This document shows, piece after piece, positions 50,084-59,248 of a stretch of 64,000 nucleotides of DNA. A program made the position numbers and the translations under genes. Source of the stretch: Escherichia phage FL23; the sequence record PP400787; one strand, written 5' to 3'. A model generated the notes under the pieces. That model searched no databases. It saw only the letters and a list, made by a program, of their open reading frames with translations, and was not told where the DNA came from. Numbering within the stretch: position 1 is the first letter of the stretch; every line of letters begins with the position of its first letter.

Positions 50084-50170
50084 GCGAGAATGGCCAAATT
50101 GGTAAAGGCACAGCACTTAAAATGCTGCGGAATGATTTCCTTGTGGGTTCGAGTCCCACTTCTCGTACCA
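50084..50170 (+). tRNA. tRNA-Leu (anticodon UAA), CCA encoded
   Basis: Acceptor gcgagaa/ttctcgt, long variable arm, T-arm gggttcgagtccc, 3' CCA. Confidence 0.85.
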
Positions 50171-50176
50171 AAGTTT

Positions 50177-50248
<72 letters not shown>

Positions 50249-50260
50249 AAATTTAATTTA

Positions 50261-50334
50261 CTCCGTGTAGCTCAGTTTGGTAGAGCGCCTGATTTGGGAT
50301 CAGGAGGTCCAAGGTTCAAATCCTTGTATGGAGA
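50261..50334 (+). tRNA. tRNA-Pro (anticodon UGG)
   Basis: Acceptor ctccgtg/tatggag (two G-U pairs), anticodon loop tttggga, T-arm caaggttcaaatccttg. Confidence 0.8.
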
Positions 50335-50336
50335 TT

Positions 50337-50423
50337 GGAGGCGTGGCAGAGTGGTTTAATGCACCGGTCTTGAAAACCGGCAGTCGCTCCGGCGACTCAT
50401 AGGTTCAAATCCTATCGCCTCCG
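50337..50423 (+). tRNA. tRNA-Ser (anticodon UGA)
   Basis: Acceptor ggaggcg/cgcctcc, anticodon loop cttgaaa, long variable arm, T-arm aggttcaaatcct. Confidence 0.85.
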
Positions 50424-50430
50424 TAATTTC

Positions 50431-50503
50431 GCTGATTTAGCTCAGTAGGTAGAGCACCTCACTTGTAATGAGGACGTCGGCGGTTCGATTCCGTCAATCA
50501 GCA
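50431..50503 (+). tRNA. tRNA-Thr (anticodon UGU)
   Basis: Acceptor gctgatt/aatcagc, anticodon loop cttgtaa, T-arm cggttcgattccg. Confidence 0.85.
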
Positions 50504-50509
50504 TATCAA

Positions 50510-50581
50510 GGCCCTGTAGCTGGAAGGTTCAAGCAAGCGACTCATAATCGCCAGATGGTGGTTCAATTCCACCCAGGGCCA
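50510..50581 (+). tRNA. tRNA with CAU anticodon (Ile by analogy with T4, where CAU is lysidine-modified; Met not excluded)
   Basis: Acceptor ggccctg/cagggcc, anticodon loop ctcataa, T-arm ggttcaattcc. Confidence 0.75.
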
Positions 50582-50622
50582 TATTTTGAGAACATAAATA
50601 CTCTTAGAAATAGGAGATATTT

Positions 50623-51288
50623 ATGTTCCATTACATTTATAAAATAACAAATAAAATTAATAATAAAATCTATATAGGCGCTCATTCTACCGAAAATTTA
50701 GATGATGGATATATGGGTTCTGGTAAATTATTAAAAAGAGCCCAAGATAAGTATGGTATAGAAAATTTTTCTAAAGAAATATTAGAGTTCTTTGACGATA
50801 AAACCTCTATGTTTGAGTCAGAAAAGAATATTGTGACTGAAGAGTTTTTAAAGCACCCTGATGTTTATAATTTGAAATTAGGTGGTGAAGGTGGTTGGGA
50901 CCATTTAAACACTAAAGAATATTTGGATAAAAAGAAAGAAGCTTCCTTAAAAGGAGCTGCCGCTTTTAAAACCAGATTTGAGAACGACCCAGACCTTAAA
51001 GAAAAATATCGTAAAATGGGTTCAGAAAGGTTTAAACAGCTTTGGGATAATCCTAAGTATAGAGAGAAATTTTTAAATACTAAATCTTTCTTGGGTAAGA
51101 CCCATACTCCTGAAACTATTAATAAAATGAAAGAATCTCACGCTAAAAATAATCACCAGAAAGGTGAAAAGAATTCCCAATTTGGTATGATGTGGATTCA
51201 TTCATTAGATGAAAAAGTTTCTAAACGTATTAAGAAAACTGACCCAATTCCAGAAGGATGGTTTAAAGGTCGAAAAATGAAATTTTAA
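50623..51288 (+). CDS. segB: GIY-YIG homing endonuclease (SegB-like) inserted in the tRNA cluster
   Basis: 221-aa ORF with GIY-YIG motifs (HYIYKITNK...KIYIGAH) and C-terminal IPEGWFKGR tail; located between the CAU tRNA and tRNA-Arg. Confidence 0.8.
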   Translation: MFHYIYKITNKINNKIYIGAHSTENLDDGYMGSGKLLKRAQDKYGIENFSKEILEFFDDKTSMFESEKNIVTEEFLKHPDVYNLKLGGEGGWDHLNTKEYLDKKKEASLKGAAAFKTRFENDPDLKEKYRKMGSERFKQLWDNPKYREKFLNTKSFLGKTHTPETINKMKESHAKNNHQKGEKNSQFGMMWIHSLDEKVSKRIKKTDPIPEGWFKGRKMKF

Positions 51289-51291
51289 CTA

Positions 51292-51367
51292 CGAGGCATA
51301 GCTCAGAAGGAAGAGCAAGGACCTTCTAAGTCCTGGGTCGTAGGTTCGATCCCTACTGCCTCGACCA
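51292..51367 (+). tRNA. tRNA-Arg (anticodon UCU), CCA encoded
   Basis: Acceptor cgaggca/tgcctcg, anticodon stem aggac/gtcct with loop cttctaa, T-arm gtaggttcgatccctac, 3' CCA. Confidence 0.8.
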
Positions 51368-51711
51368 GACAAGAAGCCGGGTCGCTACCGGCAAGTCGTC
51401 GGACTGATGTTCCCTGTTTAAGGACTGGCATTAACAAATCTTTACGATCTGCTAATGCCCCCTTATATCACAGCAGAAACGGCGCACCGAATTATCGATT
51501 CGAGGAAATATCTTTGCCATAAGCCGAGTAGCGTTTTTGACGGAACGTTCGGATATGGTCGAGATATGGCCTTTTAAAAATATTGAGTAGCGTCAACTGC
51601 TTAATAACCGGGTTCGAATCCCGGCGTTTCGTACAAACACTTGCCTTAGCAGGTGGAACCCCGACAAGGTTGCCGCAAGGCTTAGCCCCGACCGAAAGGT
51701 TGGGGCTTTTT
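51368..51711 (+). ncRNA. Small stable RNA region downstream of tRNA-Arg (T4 species-1/species-2-like), includes a tRNA-like element and the operon terminator
   Basis: GC-rich structured sequence without credible coding potential; acceptor-like stem cggaacg/cgtttcg with canonical T-arm ccgggttcgaatcccgg (51541-51632); terminator ccccgacc-gaaa-ggttgggg + T-run (51685-51711). Confidence 0.45.
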
Positions 51712-51801
51712 AGTTTGAATCACTCGGATAACGCTGTTACGGATAGTAACAAAGTAATAAATAATTAATAACCAACCGATAAATTATTTCAAGGATTTTA
51801 A

Positions 51802-52365
51802 ATGAAAACCTATGCCGAATTTTTAACCGAAGCAGCAAAATTACCATCTGAAGCAGATCTTACTAAAGTATTCTTCCAATTGGACCCAAAAGACCGCGGC
51901 GATTTTCTTAAGTGGAAAGCTAAAGCTATTGAAATGTACAACATCGATAATAGTTCTTTTACAATGAGTCAAGAAAATAAATTCAATAAAGCATTTTTCA
52001 AAATTTCTAAGAAATTGGCATCTGGCGCTCAGGTTCCTAAATCTGTGTTAGCTACTCCTGAACGCGCACCTGTTAAAATTTCTAAGAATATGTTCGACAC
52101 TAAAAAATACGTTAATGCTTTGAATAAAGCTCTTGATGCATTGGATGATGCAAAGAAGGCAGCCCGCGATCTTCAAGACGTGTACACCGATTTTGACCGC
52201 AAAACTAAAGGTTCTATTTCAAATAGCGAACGCAATAGTGTAAGTGTTTATTCTGATAGCCTTGATGTTCTTGGCGATGCGTATACTGAAATTAAAAATC
52301 GTATTAACACTGCATCTAAGCTAAAAGCTGCTGCAGAAGCTATAATAAGTAAACTAGGTAAATAA
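51802..52365 (+). CDS. Internal-protein-like capsid-targeted protein (CTS MKTYAEFLTE...; IPIII-like size)
   Basis: 187-aa ORF with SD aagga and N-terminal CTS-like motif. Confidence 0.6.
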   Translation: MKTYAEFLTEAAKLPSEADLTKVFFQLDPKDRGDFLKWKAKAIEMYNIDNSSFTMSQENKFNKAFFKISKKLASGAQVPKSVLATPERAPVKISKNMFDTKKYVNALNKALDALDDAKKAARDLQDVYTDFDRKTKGSISNSERNSVSVYSDSLDVLGDAYTEIKNRINTASKLKAAAEAIISKLGK

Positions 52366-52373
52366 TTTTAAAT

Positions 52374-52398
52374 CCCTATCTAAATGATAGGGCTTTTT
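52374..52398 (+). terminator. Intrinsic terminator downstream of the 187-aa CTS gene
   Basis: ccctatc-taaat-gataggg hairpin followed by CTTTTT. Confidence 0.6.
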
Positions 52399-52510
52399 GG
52401 TATCTAGGCCTTTCTGGACCTCTCTAGGCATCATTTAGTTTATACCCTTTATAATATATTATCCTATCCTTTAATTGCCCATCCCTGCCCTAGAATTCCC
52501 TAAAAATTTT

Positions 52511-52551
52511 TTCACAAAACTGTTTACATCTCTGTTCTTCCATGGTACTAT
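52511..52551 (+). promoter_or_regulatory. Early promoter
   Basis: ttcacaaaacTGTTTACA, 17-nt spacer, TACTAT (52546-52551). Confidence 0.6.
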
Positions 52552-52594
52552 ACAACTATCAACTACTGATACAGAAAACAACTTGGAGAATGAA

Positions 52595-52858
52595 ATGGAT
52601 AATTACGGCGAACTGTTCAACTTCTTTATGAAATGCGTTTCAGAAGATTTCGGTCGTACAGTGAATGATATTAAAGTTATCGGTCCTGACCATCCGATGT
52701 TTGAAACTTACGCAGTAATGGGTAATGAAGACGGTCAGTGGTATACTGTAAAAGTTGTGATTAATATGTTCACAGCAGAAGGTTATGTTAAACTGTCTTC
52801 TAAAGTTTACCATGATAACGACGAAATCGCAGAAGAATATTTCAATAATATGAAATAA
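52595..52858 (+). CDS. Hypothetical protein (87 aa)
   Basis: ATG 52595 with SD ggag 6 nt upstream (track ORF extends upstream through the promoter). Confidence 0.5.
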   Translation: MDNYGELFNFFMKCVSEDFGRTVNDIKVIGPDHPMFETYAVMGNEDGQWYTVKVVINMFTAEGYVKLSSKVYHDNDEIAEEYFNNMK

Positions 52859-52894
52859 GTTTACGCAGGCTCATGATTGAGATATTATGAGCCT
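52859..52894 (+). promoter_or_regulatory. Early promoter with embedded stem-loop (PeSL-like)
   Basis: GTTTACG, 17-nt spacer, TATTAT (52883-52888); inverted repeat aggctcat/atgagcct (52867-52874 / 52887-52894). Confidence 0.55.
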
Positions 52895-52959
52895 ATAATT
52901 TGACGATAGAGTATTATACTCCTACGGATTTTAAATCTCAATTAACCTAAGGAAATACT

Positions 52960-53553
52960 ATGAACACACTGAAGAAAATTGTTGAGTTTATTCGCACTAA
53001 ACTTGGTTCTGCTATGGCTAAAAATCTATCTGTCGAAGAACAGTATACTGCTGCAGCAGCAAAACTACTTGATAAAATTAAAGATCTAAAAACTGCTTCT
53101 GTTAAATCTATTAACGAAGAAAAACGTATTCGTGAACTTGTTATCGAAAAGAATCGACAGGCCGAATCAAAAGAGCGTGAAATTCGTAAACTTCTTTCCG
53201 AAGGCCAAGATGTAACAATGCATGCTAAACTCGGTTTACTATATCGTCGAACAGCTGAGCAGTTGACTACTAAGGCTGACGGTTATGCTGAAATGCGAAT
53301 TGAAATCGCCAAGAAAGTAGTTGAGTTAGATGATGCTCGTCAAGAACTTGCGGTTAAATTGGAATATATCCGTGAAACTCGTGCAGCGAATGCCCTTGGA
53401 ATTAGTACTGCTGATGATGTAGTTGAAATTGCAGCACTGACTAAGGTTGATATTGAAGATACTCTTGCTCGAGTTGAAACCTTTAATGGTAATATTTCTG
53501 GGGTTGAAACTACCTCTGCCGATGTTCAGGAATATATTAATTCTCTGAAATAA
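52960..53553 (+). CDS. Hypothetical coiled-coil protein (197 aa)
   Basis: ORF with SD aagga; heptad-rich sequence. Confidence 0.5.
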   Translation: MNTLKKIVEFIRTKLGSAMAKNLSVEEQYTAAAAKLLDKIKDLKTASVKSINEEKRIRELVIEKNRQAESKEREIRKLLSEGQDVTMHAKLGLLYRRTAEQLTTKADGYAEMRIEIAKKVVELDDARQELAVKLEYIRETRAANALGISTADDVVEIAALTKVDIEDTLARVETFNGNISGVETTSADVQEYINSLK

Positions 53554-53559
53554 TGATAA

Positions 53560-53574
53560 GGGGCTTCGGGCCCC
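53560..53574 (+). terminator. Hairpin downstream of the 197-aa ORF, possible terminator
   Basis: ggggc-ttcgg-gcccc stem-loop followed by a moderately T-rich stretch. Confidence 0.4.
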
Positions 53575-53595
53575 TATTACTTGGAGTAAATAGGA

Positions 53596-54204
53596 ATGAA
53601 AATGCAAAGTGATTTCAATTCAATGTTTGAAGAGTTTCAAAGACAGGTTGATGTTCCAGACCAATTACTAAATGCTCTTAAACGCATGGCAGAAGGACGT
53701 AATTACTATTGGGGGTCTTCATATGAAACTGATGAAAGCCTTTCCGGAAGATTTTCTAGAGGTAAAAAGTCTTTAATACGTCCTGGAATACTCATTAACA
53801 GTATTGAATCAATTCATTCATTGACGTGTGATTTTGATGTTGAATTTACTGATTTCATTTCTCCTGAATGGACGGTTTGTTATTTAAACGACGATTTTGA
53901 TTATCTCGGTGTTTATAGTTTAAGTGACGCATGGTTTAAACGTAATTTACAAAAGTCAAATTTATTTTATATTGATACTACTGTAAAATTTCAGGGCAAG
54001 AAATATTTCTTTACTCTTATAGTTGATTCTGAAACGAAGCATGAAAATAAACGTATTCTTAGTAAAAAGAATATCTTAACTATTGTTGATGATCTTTTTG
54101 ATAAATTTGTAGAAAATCCCAATTTTGAAAGTGATTTATTACTAGAAAAATTTGTTAAGGAATGTAGAGAATATGTCAAAGCCATCACTATACCTTCCAA
54201 GTAA
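53596..54204 (+). CDS. Hypothetical protein (202 aa) ending in the FVKECR junction motif
   Basis: ORF with SD ggag/aggaa; C-terminal ...EKFVKECREYV. Confidence 0.5.
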   Translation: MKMQSDFNSMFEEFQRQVDVPDQLLNALKRMAEGRNYYWGSSYETDESLSGRFSRGKKSLIRPGILINSIESIHSLTCDFDVEFTDFISPEWTVCYLNDDFDYLGVYSLSDAWFKRNLQKSNLFYIDTTVKFQGKKYFFTLIVDSETKHENKRILSKKNILTIVDDLFDKFVENPNFESDLLLEKFVKECREYVKAITIPSK

Positions 54205-54565
54205 ACCGTTGAAGTATGAATTAAAGCGTCAGATAATTTCTACTGATGTGTTAATAGGTCCTGTTATACTCATATCATTTGTAATTCTATTGATTATTGG
54301 AGGTGTTTTAGATGTTATGACTGATATTGATTCTGGCGAAATACTTGTGTTAATGCTAATTCTTCCATTAATAGTTCCACTTTTATTAGTACCCGTAAAT
54401 TGGGTAGGATACTGGTATCAAGGAAGGCATTATCGTAAACGCGTACGTGATTGGAAAGCACAGTGTAAAAAGATTAAAAAGGAACATCAGCTTAAACTTG
54501 CTGCGTATGAATTTGATGAAATTATGAAATTTGTTAAGGAATCACGATGCAAAAGCCAAAACTAA
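54173..54565 (+). CDS. Small membrane protein, paralog family member 1
   Basis: 130 aa from ATG 54173; two hydrophobic TM segments; C-terminus ...MKFVKESRCKSQN. Confidence 0.5.
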   Translation: MSKPSLYLPSKPLKYELKRQIISTDVLIGPVILISFVILLIIGGVLDVMTDIDSGEILVLMLILPLIVPLLLVPVNWVGYWYQGRHYRKRVRDWKAQCKKIKKEHQLKLAAYEFDEIMKFVKESRCKSQN

Positions 54566-54909
54566 ATAAAGTCAAATATTCGTTTTCTGAGTCATTTTTA
54601 ATTTTTGCTGTGGCGTTGGCTGCAGCTCTTGCAGGTAGTCTTTTTGGATTGTTAATTGACTGTCTTATTTTAAACATCGACGGCACAGTAAATATAACAG
54701 AAGTTTGGAGTGAGCTTTGTTATACTAAAATTATTTCATTGTTTTCATTCTTTGGTTCCATGTTATATTTTCATTATGATAATTTTAAAATAAATTGGCA
54801 AAGAAAAAAAGATTACAAAATACAATTAAAAGAATATAATAGCTACATGTCTTATATTGAAAATGAGTCAATGAAAGAGTTTGTGAGTGATTGTAGGAAA
54901 ATTAAATGA
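54547..54909 (+). CDS. Small membrane protein, paralog family member 2
   Basis: 120-aa ORF; TM segments; C-terminus ...KEFVSDCRKIK. Confidence 0.5.
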   Translation: MQKPKLNKVKYSFSESFLIFAVALAAALAGSLFGLLIDCLILNIDGTVNITEVWSELCYTKIISLFSFFGSMLYFHYDNFKINWQRKKDYKIQLKEYNSYMSYIENESMKEFVSDCRKIK

Positions 54910-55394
54910 TTTTAAAAACTCGCTGGTATGATTTAGATGATGGGGACGATGGCATTTCAGTTGATAGAGTTGACTGGAATGGTTGTTCCGAAGATATGAA
55001 AAATTTGTTGATTAGGGAGTTTAGAATGGGATATCAAGCAGCTAAGCCATTTACTGTAACAGATGATAAGTTCGTATGTATTCAAAACGGTCGCGCTAAG
55101 TTAACGAATGCTGATTGGTTCACAGATAAGAAGGTTCTTCTGTGGTATATCATTAGTCTTCCTATATCATCGTTCGTATTTTACTTTTTTATAAAAAATC
55201 CAATGGACAGAATAGGAGATTGGGTTCTTTTAACTATACTTGTTAATATTTTTACAGCAGCAGTATTATCAGGAATATGGCGTATGTTCATTGAAATGCC
55301 ATGGCGTTTACGCAGACAACAAAAGATTTTTGATGAAAAGAAATATACTCAAAATTTAAATAACTTTATCACTGAATGCAGGAAATTAAAATGA
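54906..55394 (+). CDS. Small membrane protein, paralog family member 3
   Basis: 162-aa ORF; TM segments; C-terminus ...NFITECRKLK; ATGA coupling on both sides. Confidence 0.5.
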   Translation: MILKTRWYDLDDGDDGISVDRVDWNGCSEDMKNLLIREFRMGYQAAKPFTVTDDKFVCIQNGRAKLTNADWFTDKKVLLWYIISLPISSFVFYFFIKNPMDRIGDWVLLTILVNIFTAAVLSGIWRMFIEMPWRLRRQQKIFDEKKYTQNLNNFITECRKLK

Positions 55395-55831
55395 AAACAC
55401 TATCAGCTGGTATTATCTTTATGACAGAAGATAAAGATTTATTTATGGGTCGGGTTACTGGTTCTCGTAAGCCTGGAATGATGGCACATCGCTGGGATAT
55501 TCCAAAGGGCCGCGTAGAAAGTTCTGATTTGAATGCACTGGAAGCTGCAAAAAGAGAATGCTTAGAAGAGACCGGTTTTAGCAATTATAATCCAGACCTT
55601 CTAGAAGACCTAGGTGTATTTAAATATTCTAGTAATAAAGACTTACAGTTATTTTATTATACGATTCCAGTAGAGCATGAGATGTTTAGAAATTGCCATT
55701 GCGAGTCTTATTTTGAAAATAAAGATGGCGTTATGATTCCAGAGATGGATGCTTTTGCTCTTATTCCTCGTACTCAGTGGCAATATGTGATGGGTCCTTC
55801 ACTTTACCGAATAATGAACAACCTCTTTTAA
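55391..55831 (+). CDS. nudE: Nudix hydrolase (NudE-like)
   Basis: Nudix box GRVESSDLNALEAAKRECLEETGF; start set at ATG 55391 (ATGA overlap with upstream stop, SD aggaaa) rather than the track's 55376. Confidence 0.75.
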   Translation: MKTLSAGIIFMTEDKDLFMGRVTGSRKPGMMAHRWDIPKGRVESSDLNALEAAKRECLEETGFSNYNPDLLEDLGVFKYSSNKDLQLFYYTIPVEHEMFRNCHCESYFENKDGVMIPEMDAFALIPRTQWQYVMGPSLYRIMNNLF

Positions 55832-56634
<803 letters not shown>

Positions 56635-56635
56635 T

Positions 56636-56689
56636 GTTTACTTCCTCCAAGGGTTTTGATACTATACATTCATCAACTACTTGGAGGAA
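56636..56689 (+). promoter_or_regulatory. Early promoter with SD-sequestering stem-loop (PeSL-like)
   Basis: GTTTACT, 17-nt spacer, TACTAT (56660-56665); 10-bp inverted repeat 56642-56651 / 56680-56689 whose 3' arm contains SD GGAGG. Confidence 0.6.
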
Positions 56690-56692
56690 ATT

Positions 56693-56795
56693 ATGACCCG
56701 TCCGAAGCGTCCATTGCGATAAGTCAAGCACGCTTAGATAAAAAATTGCTCAACGCCCGACTTGGTACAAATACTTTGGTAAATCAATTTACTAA
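56693..56795 (+). pseudogene. denV: denV (endonuclease V / pyrimidine-dimer glycosylase) relic: start codon context plus about 30 C-terminal codons, frameshifted
   Basis: ATG-ACC-CGT (MTR) then out of frame; frame A reads [12 protein letters not shown], frame B (after A6 run 56740-56745) reads [16 protein letters not shown], matching my recollection of T4 DenV C-terminus (...[32 protein letters not shown]); about 105 internal codons are absent. Confidence 0.6.
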
Positions 56796-56801
56796 GGAAA
56801 A

Positions 56802-56987
56802 ATGAAAATGTATCAAGAATTTATCGTTGAAGCAGATGCCAAAGGTCCTAAATTTAAAGTTAAAGCTTTCATTGGTGATGCGGAAGACTTTGGCTCATTA
56901 AAACGTAATGGGTATTCTTTCTTAGGTGGCGATGGTAAAGAAATCAAAACACCTATGCAAAACGTAGTGAAATTGCTTATGTTGTAG
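56802..56987 (+). CDS. Internal-protein-like capsid-targeted protein (CTS MKMYQEFIVE...), possibly truncated by frameshift
   Basis: 61-aa ORF with SD aagga; a second open frame 56939-57064 continues with protein-like sequence. Confidence 0.5.
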   Translation: MKMYQEFIVEADAKGPKFKVKAFIGDAEDFGSLKRNGYSFLGGDGKEIKTPMQNVVKLLML

Positions 56988-57067
56988 CAAGTCCTAAAGT
57001 AGATGTTGACGATATTGGATATGATTTTAACAACTTCGGAATTATTTCTGGCGGTAAAGCTTAAACG

Positions 57068-57097
57068 GTTTACGCTTAAGTATTAATATGGTATAAT
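57068..57097 (+). promoter_or_regulatory. Early promoter
   Basis: GTTTACG, 17-nt spacer, TATAAT (57092-57097). Confidence 0.6.
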
Positions 57098-57125
57098 TAC
57101 TCTATCAAAACAAACAAGGAAACAT

Positions 57126-57428
57126 ATGAAAACGTATAAAGAATTTATTACTGAAGCGCGAGTGAGTGCAGGTAAATTATATGCCGCTATAAATAAAAAG
57201 GCCCATTCATTTCATGATTTGTCCGATAAAGACCGTAAGAAACTTGTAAGCCTTTATATTGACAAAGAGCGTATTCTCGCTCTTCCTGGCGCTAATGAAG
57301 GTAAACAGGCAAAGCCTTTGAATGCTGTTGAAAAGAAAATTGATAACTTTGCTTCTAAATTCGGTATGTCTATGGATGACCTTCAGCAAGCGGCTATCGA
57401 AGCAGCTAAAGTAATTAAAGGTAAATAA
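57126..57428 (+). CDS. Internal-protein-like capsid-targeted protein (CTS MKTYKEFITE...; IPII-like size)
   Basis: 100-aa ORF with SD aagga and CTS-like N-terminus. Confidence 0.6.
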   Translation: MKTYKEFITEARVSAGKLYAAINKKAHSFHDLSDKDRKKLVSLYIDKERILALPGANEGKQAKPLNAVEKKIDNFASKFGMSMDDLQQAAIEAAKVIKGK

Positions 57429-57430
57429 CA

Positions 57431-57460
57431 GTTTACTTTCTCCTAGAATTGTGATAGTAT
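57431..57460 (+). promoter_or_regulatory. Early promoter
   Basis: GTTTACT immediately after the stop of the previous gene, 17-nt spacer, TAGTAT (57455-57460). Confidence 0.5.
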
Positions 57461-57541
57461 ATTCATAATTACTTGGAGGGGTAAATACAGAAATGGACAA
57501 TTCATGCGCCACGGAATGGCCCAACATAAAAGAGAAACTAA

Positions 57542-58093
57542 ATGAGAACATTTTTAACTGGACCTTATCTATCCCTGATGAATGCTTTTACACACCATTC
57601 TGATGCTAGAGTAGAAGAAATTTGTAAGAACGGTTATGTCCCACCATTTGAAGATGTACTCAAGCAGTACTGTACACTTCGTTTAGACGGCGGCAGACAA
57701 TCAGGTAAATCAATTGCTGTGACTAACTTCGCTGCTAATTGGTTGTATGATGGCGGAACTGTTATTGTTCTTTCTAATACTTCAGCTTATGCTAAAATTT
57801 CTGCTAAAATTTCTGCTGGCAACATTAAAAAAGAATTTTCTCGTTATTCTAGCGATGATATTCGATTCCGTTTATTTACTGATTCTGTTCGTAGTTTTAT
57901 TGGCAATGAAGGTTCTAAATTCCGTGGATTAACGCTTTCTCGTATTCTGTACATAATTGACGAGCCTATTAAAGCTCCTGATATGGATAAGATTTACAAT
58001 GTCCATATTAAAACAGTCCAACACTGTTGCAAAAGCAAATATTGCATCGGCGGTAATGCTCGTCCTCAATTTTTTGTGATTGGAATGCAATGA
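57542..58093 (+). CDS. Small P-loop NTPase-like protein (183 aa)
   Basis: Walker A-like GGRQSGKS and Walker B-like ILYIIDE. Confidence 0.5.
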   Translation: MRTFLTGPYLSLMNAFTHHSDARVEEICKNGYVPPFEDVLKQYCTLRLDGGRQSGKSIAVTNFAANWLYDGGTVIVLSNTSAYAKISAKISAGNIKKEFSRYSSDDIRFRLFTDSVRSFIGNEGSKFRGLTLSRILYIIDEPIKAPDMDKIYNVHIKTVQHCCKSKYCIGGNARPQFFVIGMQ

Positions 58094-58398
58094 TGACCAC
58101 TATTGAAGTTTTTGAATATTGTTATAACAGCCCAGTATGCAATAAAAGGGCTCTTGTAGAAAATTACGAGATTTACCATTTTAAACCTAAACGATATCGT
58201 TTGACTAAAGGTCCGTTCGCAGGGCAGCAGGTTCTTTGTACTGCTCCTAATGCACGGTTAATGACTAGTATTCCGCATTTCAAAATGGAATTTATTGATG
58301 GGCCATTTAAGGGATTAATCACTCAAAGTTTAATGGCGTTTAATTCCGACCCATTTTTGATTAAAGAAAAAACTTGGATAAATTTATTTTCTAATTGA
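58090..58398 (+). CDS. Hypothetical protein (102 aa)
   Basis: ORF with ATGA coupling to upstream gene. Confidence 0.5.
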   Translation: MMTTIEVFEYCYNSPVCNKRALVENYEIYHFKPKRYRLTKGPFAGQQVLCTAPNARLMTSIPHFKMEFIDGPFKGLITQSLMAFNSDPFLIKEKTWINLFSN

Positions 58399-58405
58399 GG
58401 TTATT

Positions 58406-58768
58406 ATGAAAGCATATCAAATTCTTGAAGGTGCACATAAAGGCACTATTTATTTTGAAGACGGTACTCAAGCCCGGATTATTGTCTCTAAGACTTTTAA
58501 AGAAGACGCTATTGTAGACCCGGAAATTTTCTACGGTTTGCATGCCCGTGAAATTGAAATTGAACATCAACCTAAAGTTAAAATTGAAGGTGGTCAACAT
58601 CTGAACGTTAACGTTCTGCGTCGTGAAACTCTGGAAGATGCAGTTAAGCATCCGGAAAAATATCCGCAGCTGACCATCCGTGTATCCGGTTATGCAGTTC
58701 GCTTTAACTCTCTGACTCCGGAACAGCAGCGCGACGTTATCGCTCGTACCTTTACCGAGAGTCTATAA
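58406..58768 (+). CDS. Autonomous glycyl-radical cofactor-like protein (GrcA/YfiD-like; T4 Y06I-like)
   Basis: C-terminal 60 residues (...[60 protein letters not shown]) carry the glycyl-radical motif RVSGY; SD gagg. Confidence 0.75.
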   Translation: MKAYQILEGAHKGTIYFEDGTQARIIVSKTFKEDAIVDPEIFYGLHAREIEIEHQPKVKIEGGQHLNVNVLRRETLEDAVKHPEKYPQLTIRVSGYAVRFNSLTPEQQRDVIARTFTESL

Positions 58769-58989
58769 TGGCTAAATTGATTATAGAAGGGTCTGAAGAT
58801 GTTTTAAAATGTTTTGCCGCCTGGTTTAGTTGCTCAGGCGAGCAATCATTCACTGAAGCATTTAGAATGGGTGATATTACTGGAAACTATCCGACAACTG
58901 ATATCACTGTACGTGGATATGGTATTAATGAACCTATTCGTTTAGTTGAATACGATTTATGTACTGGTGAGGAAGTCAAATATGATTGA
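58768..58989 (+). CDS. Hypothetical protein (73 aa)
   Basis: ORF coupled (TAATG) to upstream gene. Confidence 0.45.
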   Translation: MAKLIIEGSEDVLKCFAAWFSCSGEQSFTEAFRMGDITGNYPTTDITVRGYGINEPIRLVEYDLCTGEEVKYD

Positions 58990-59248
58990 AGATATTAAGG
59001 GTTATAAACCACATACTGAAGAGAAAATAGGTAAAGTAAATGCTATTAAAGACGCTGAAGTTCGTTTAGGACTTATCTTTGACGCTTTATACGATGAATT
59101 TTGGGAAGCATTTGATAGCTGTGAAGATGATGAACTCGCGAAGAATTACGCCGAAAGCCTCGATCAGTTAACTATTGCTAAAACGAAACTCAAAGAAGCT
59201 AGTATGTGGGCTTGTCGTGCTGTGTTCCAACCAGAGGAAAAATATTAA
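58982..59248 (+). CDS. Hypothetical protein (88 aa)
   Basis: Verified ATG 58982 overlapping upstream stop. Confidence 0.45.
   Translation: MIEDIKGYKPHTEEKIGKVNAIKDAEVRLGLIFDALYDEFWEAFDSCEDDELAKNYAESLDQLTIAKTKLKEASMWACRAVFQPEEKY

Noticed and set aside
51583-51768. 61-aa ORF in the region after tRNA-Arg
   Set aside because: Overlaps the structured stable-RNA region and its terminator; no RBS.
57493-57603. 36-aa ORF downstream of a GGAGGG motif
   Set aside because: GGAGGG is 12 nt from the ATG, and the ORF overlaps the 183-aa P-loop gene in another frame; probably not translated.
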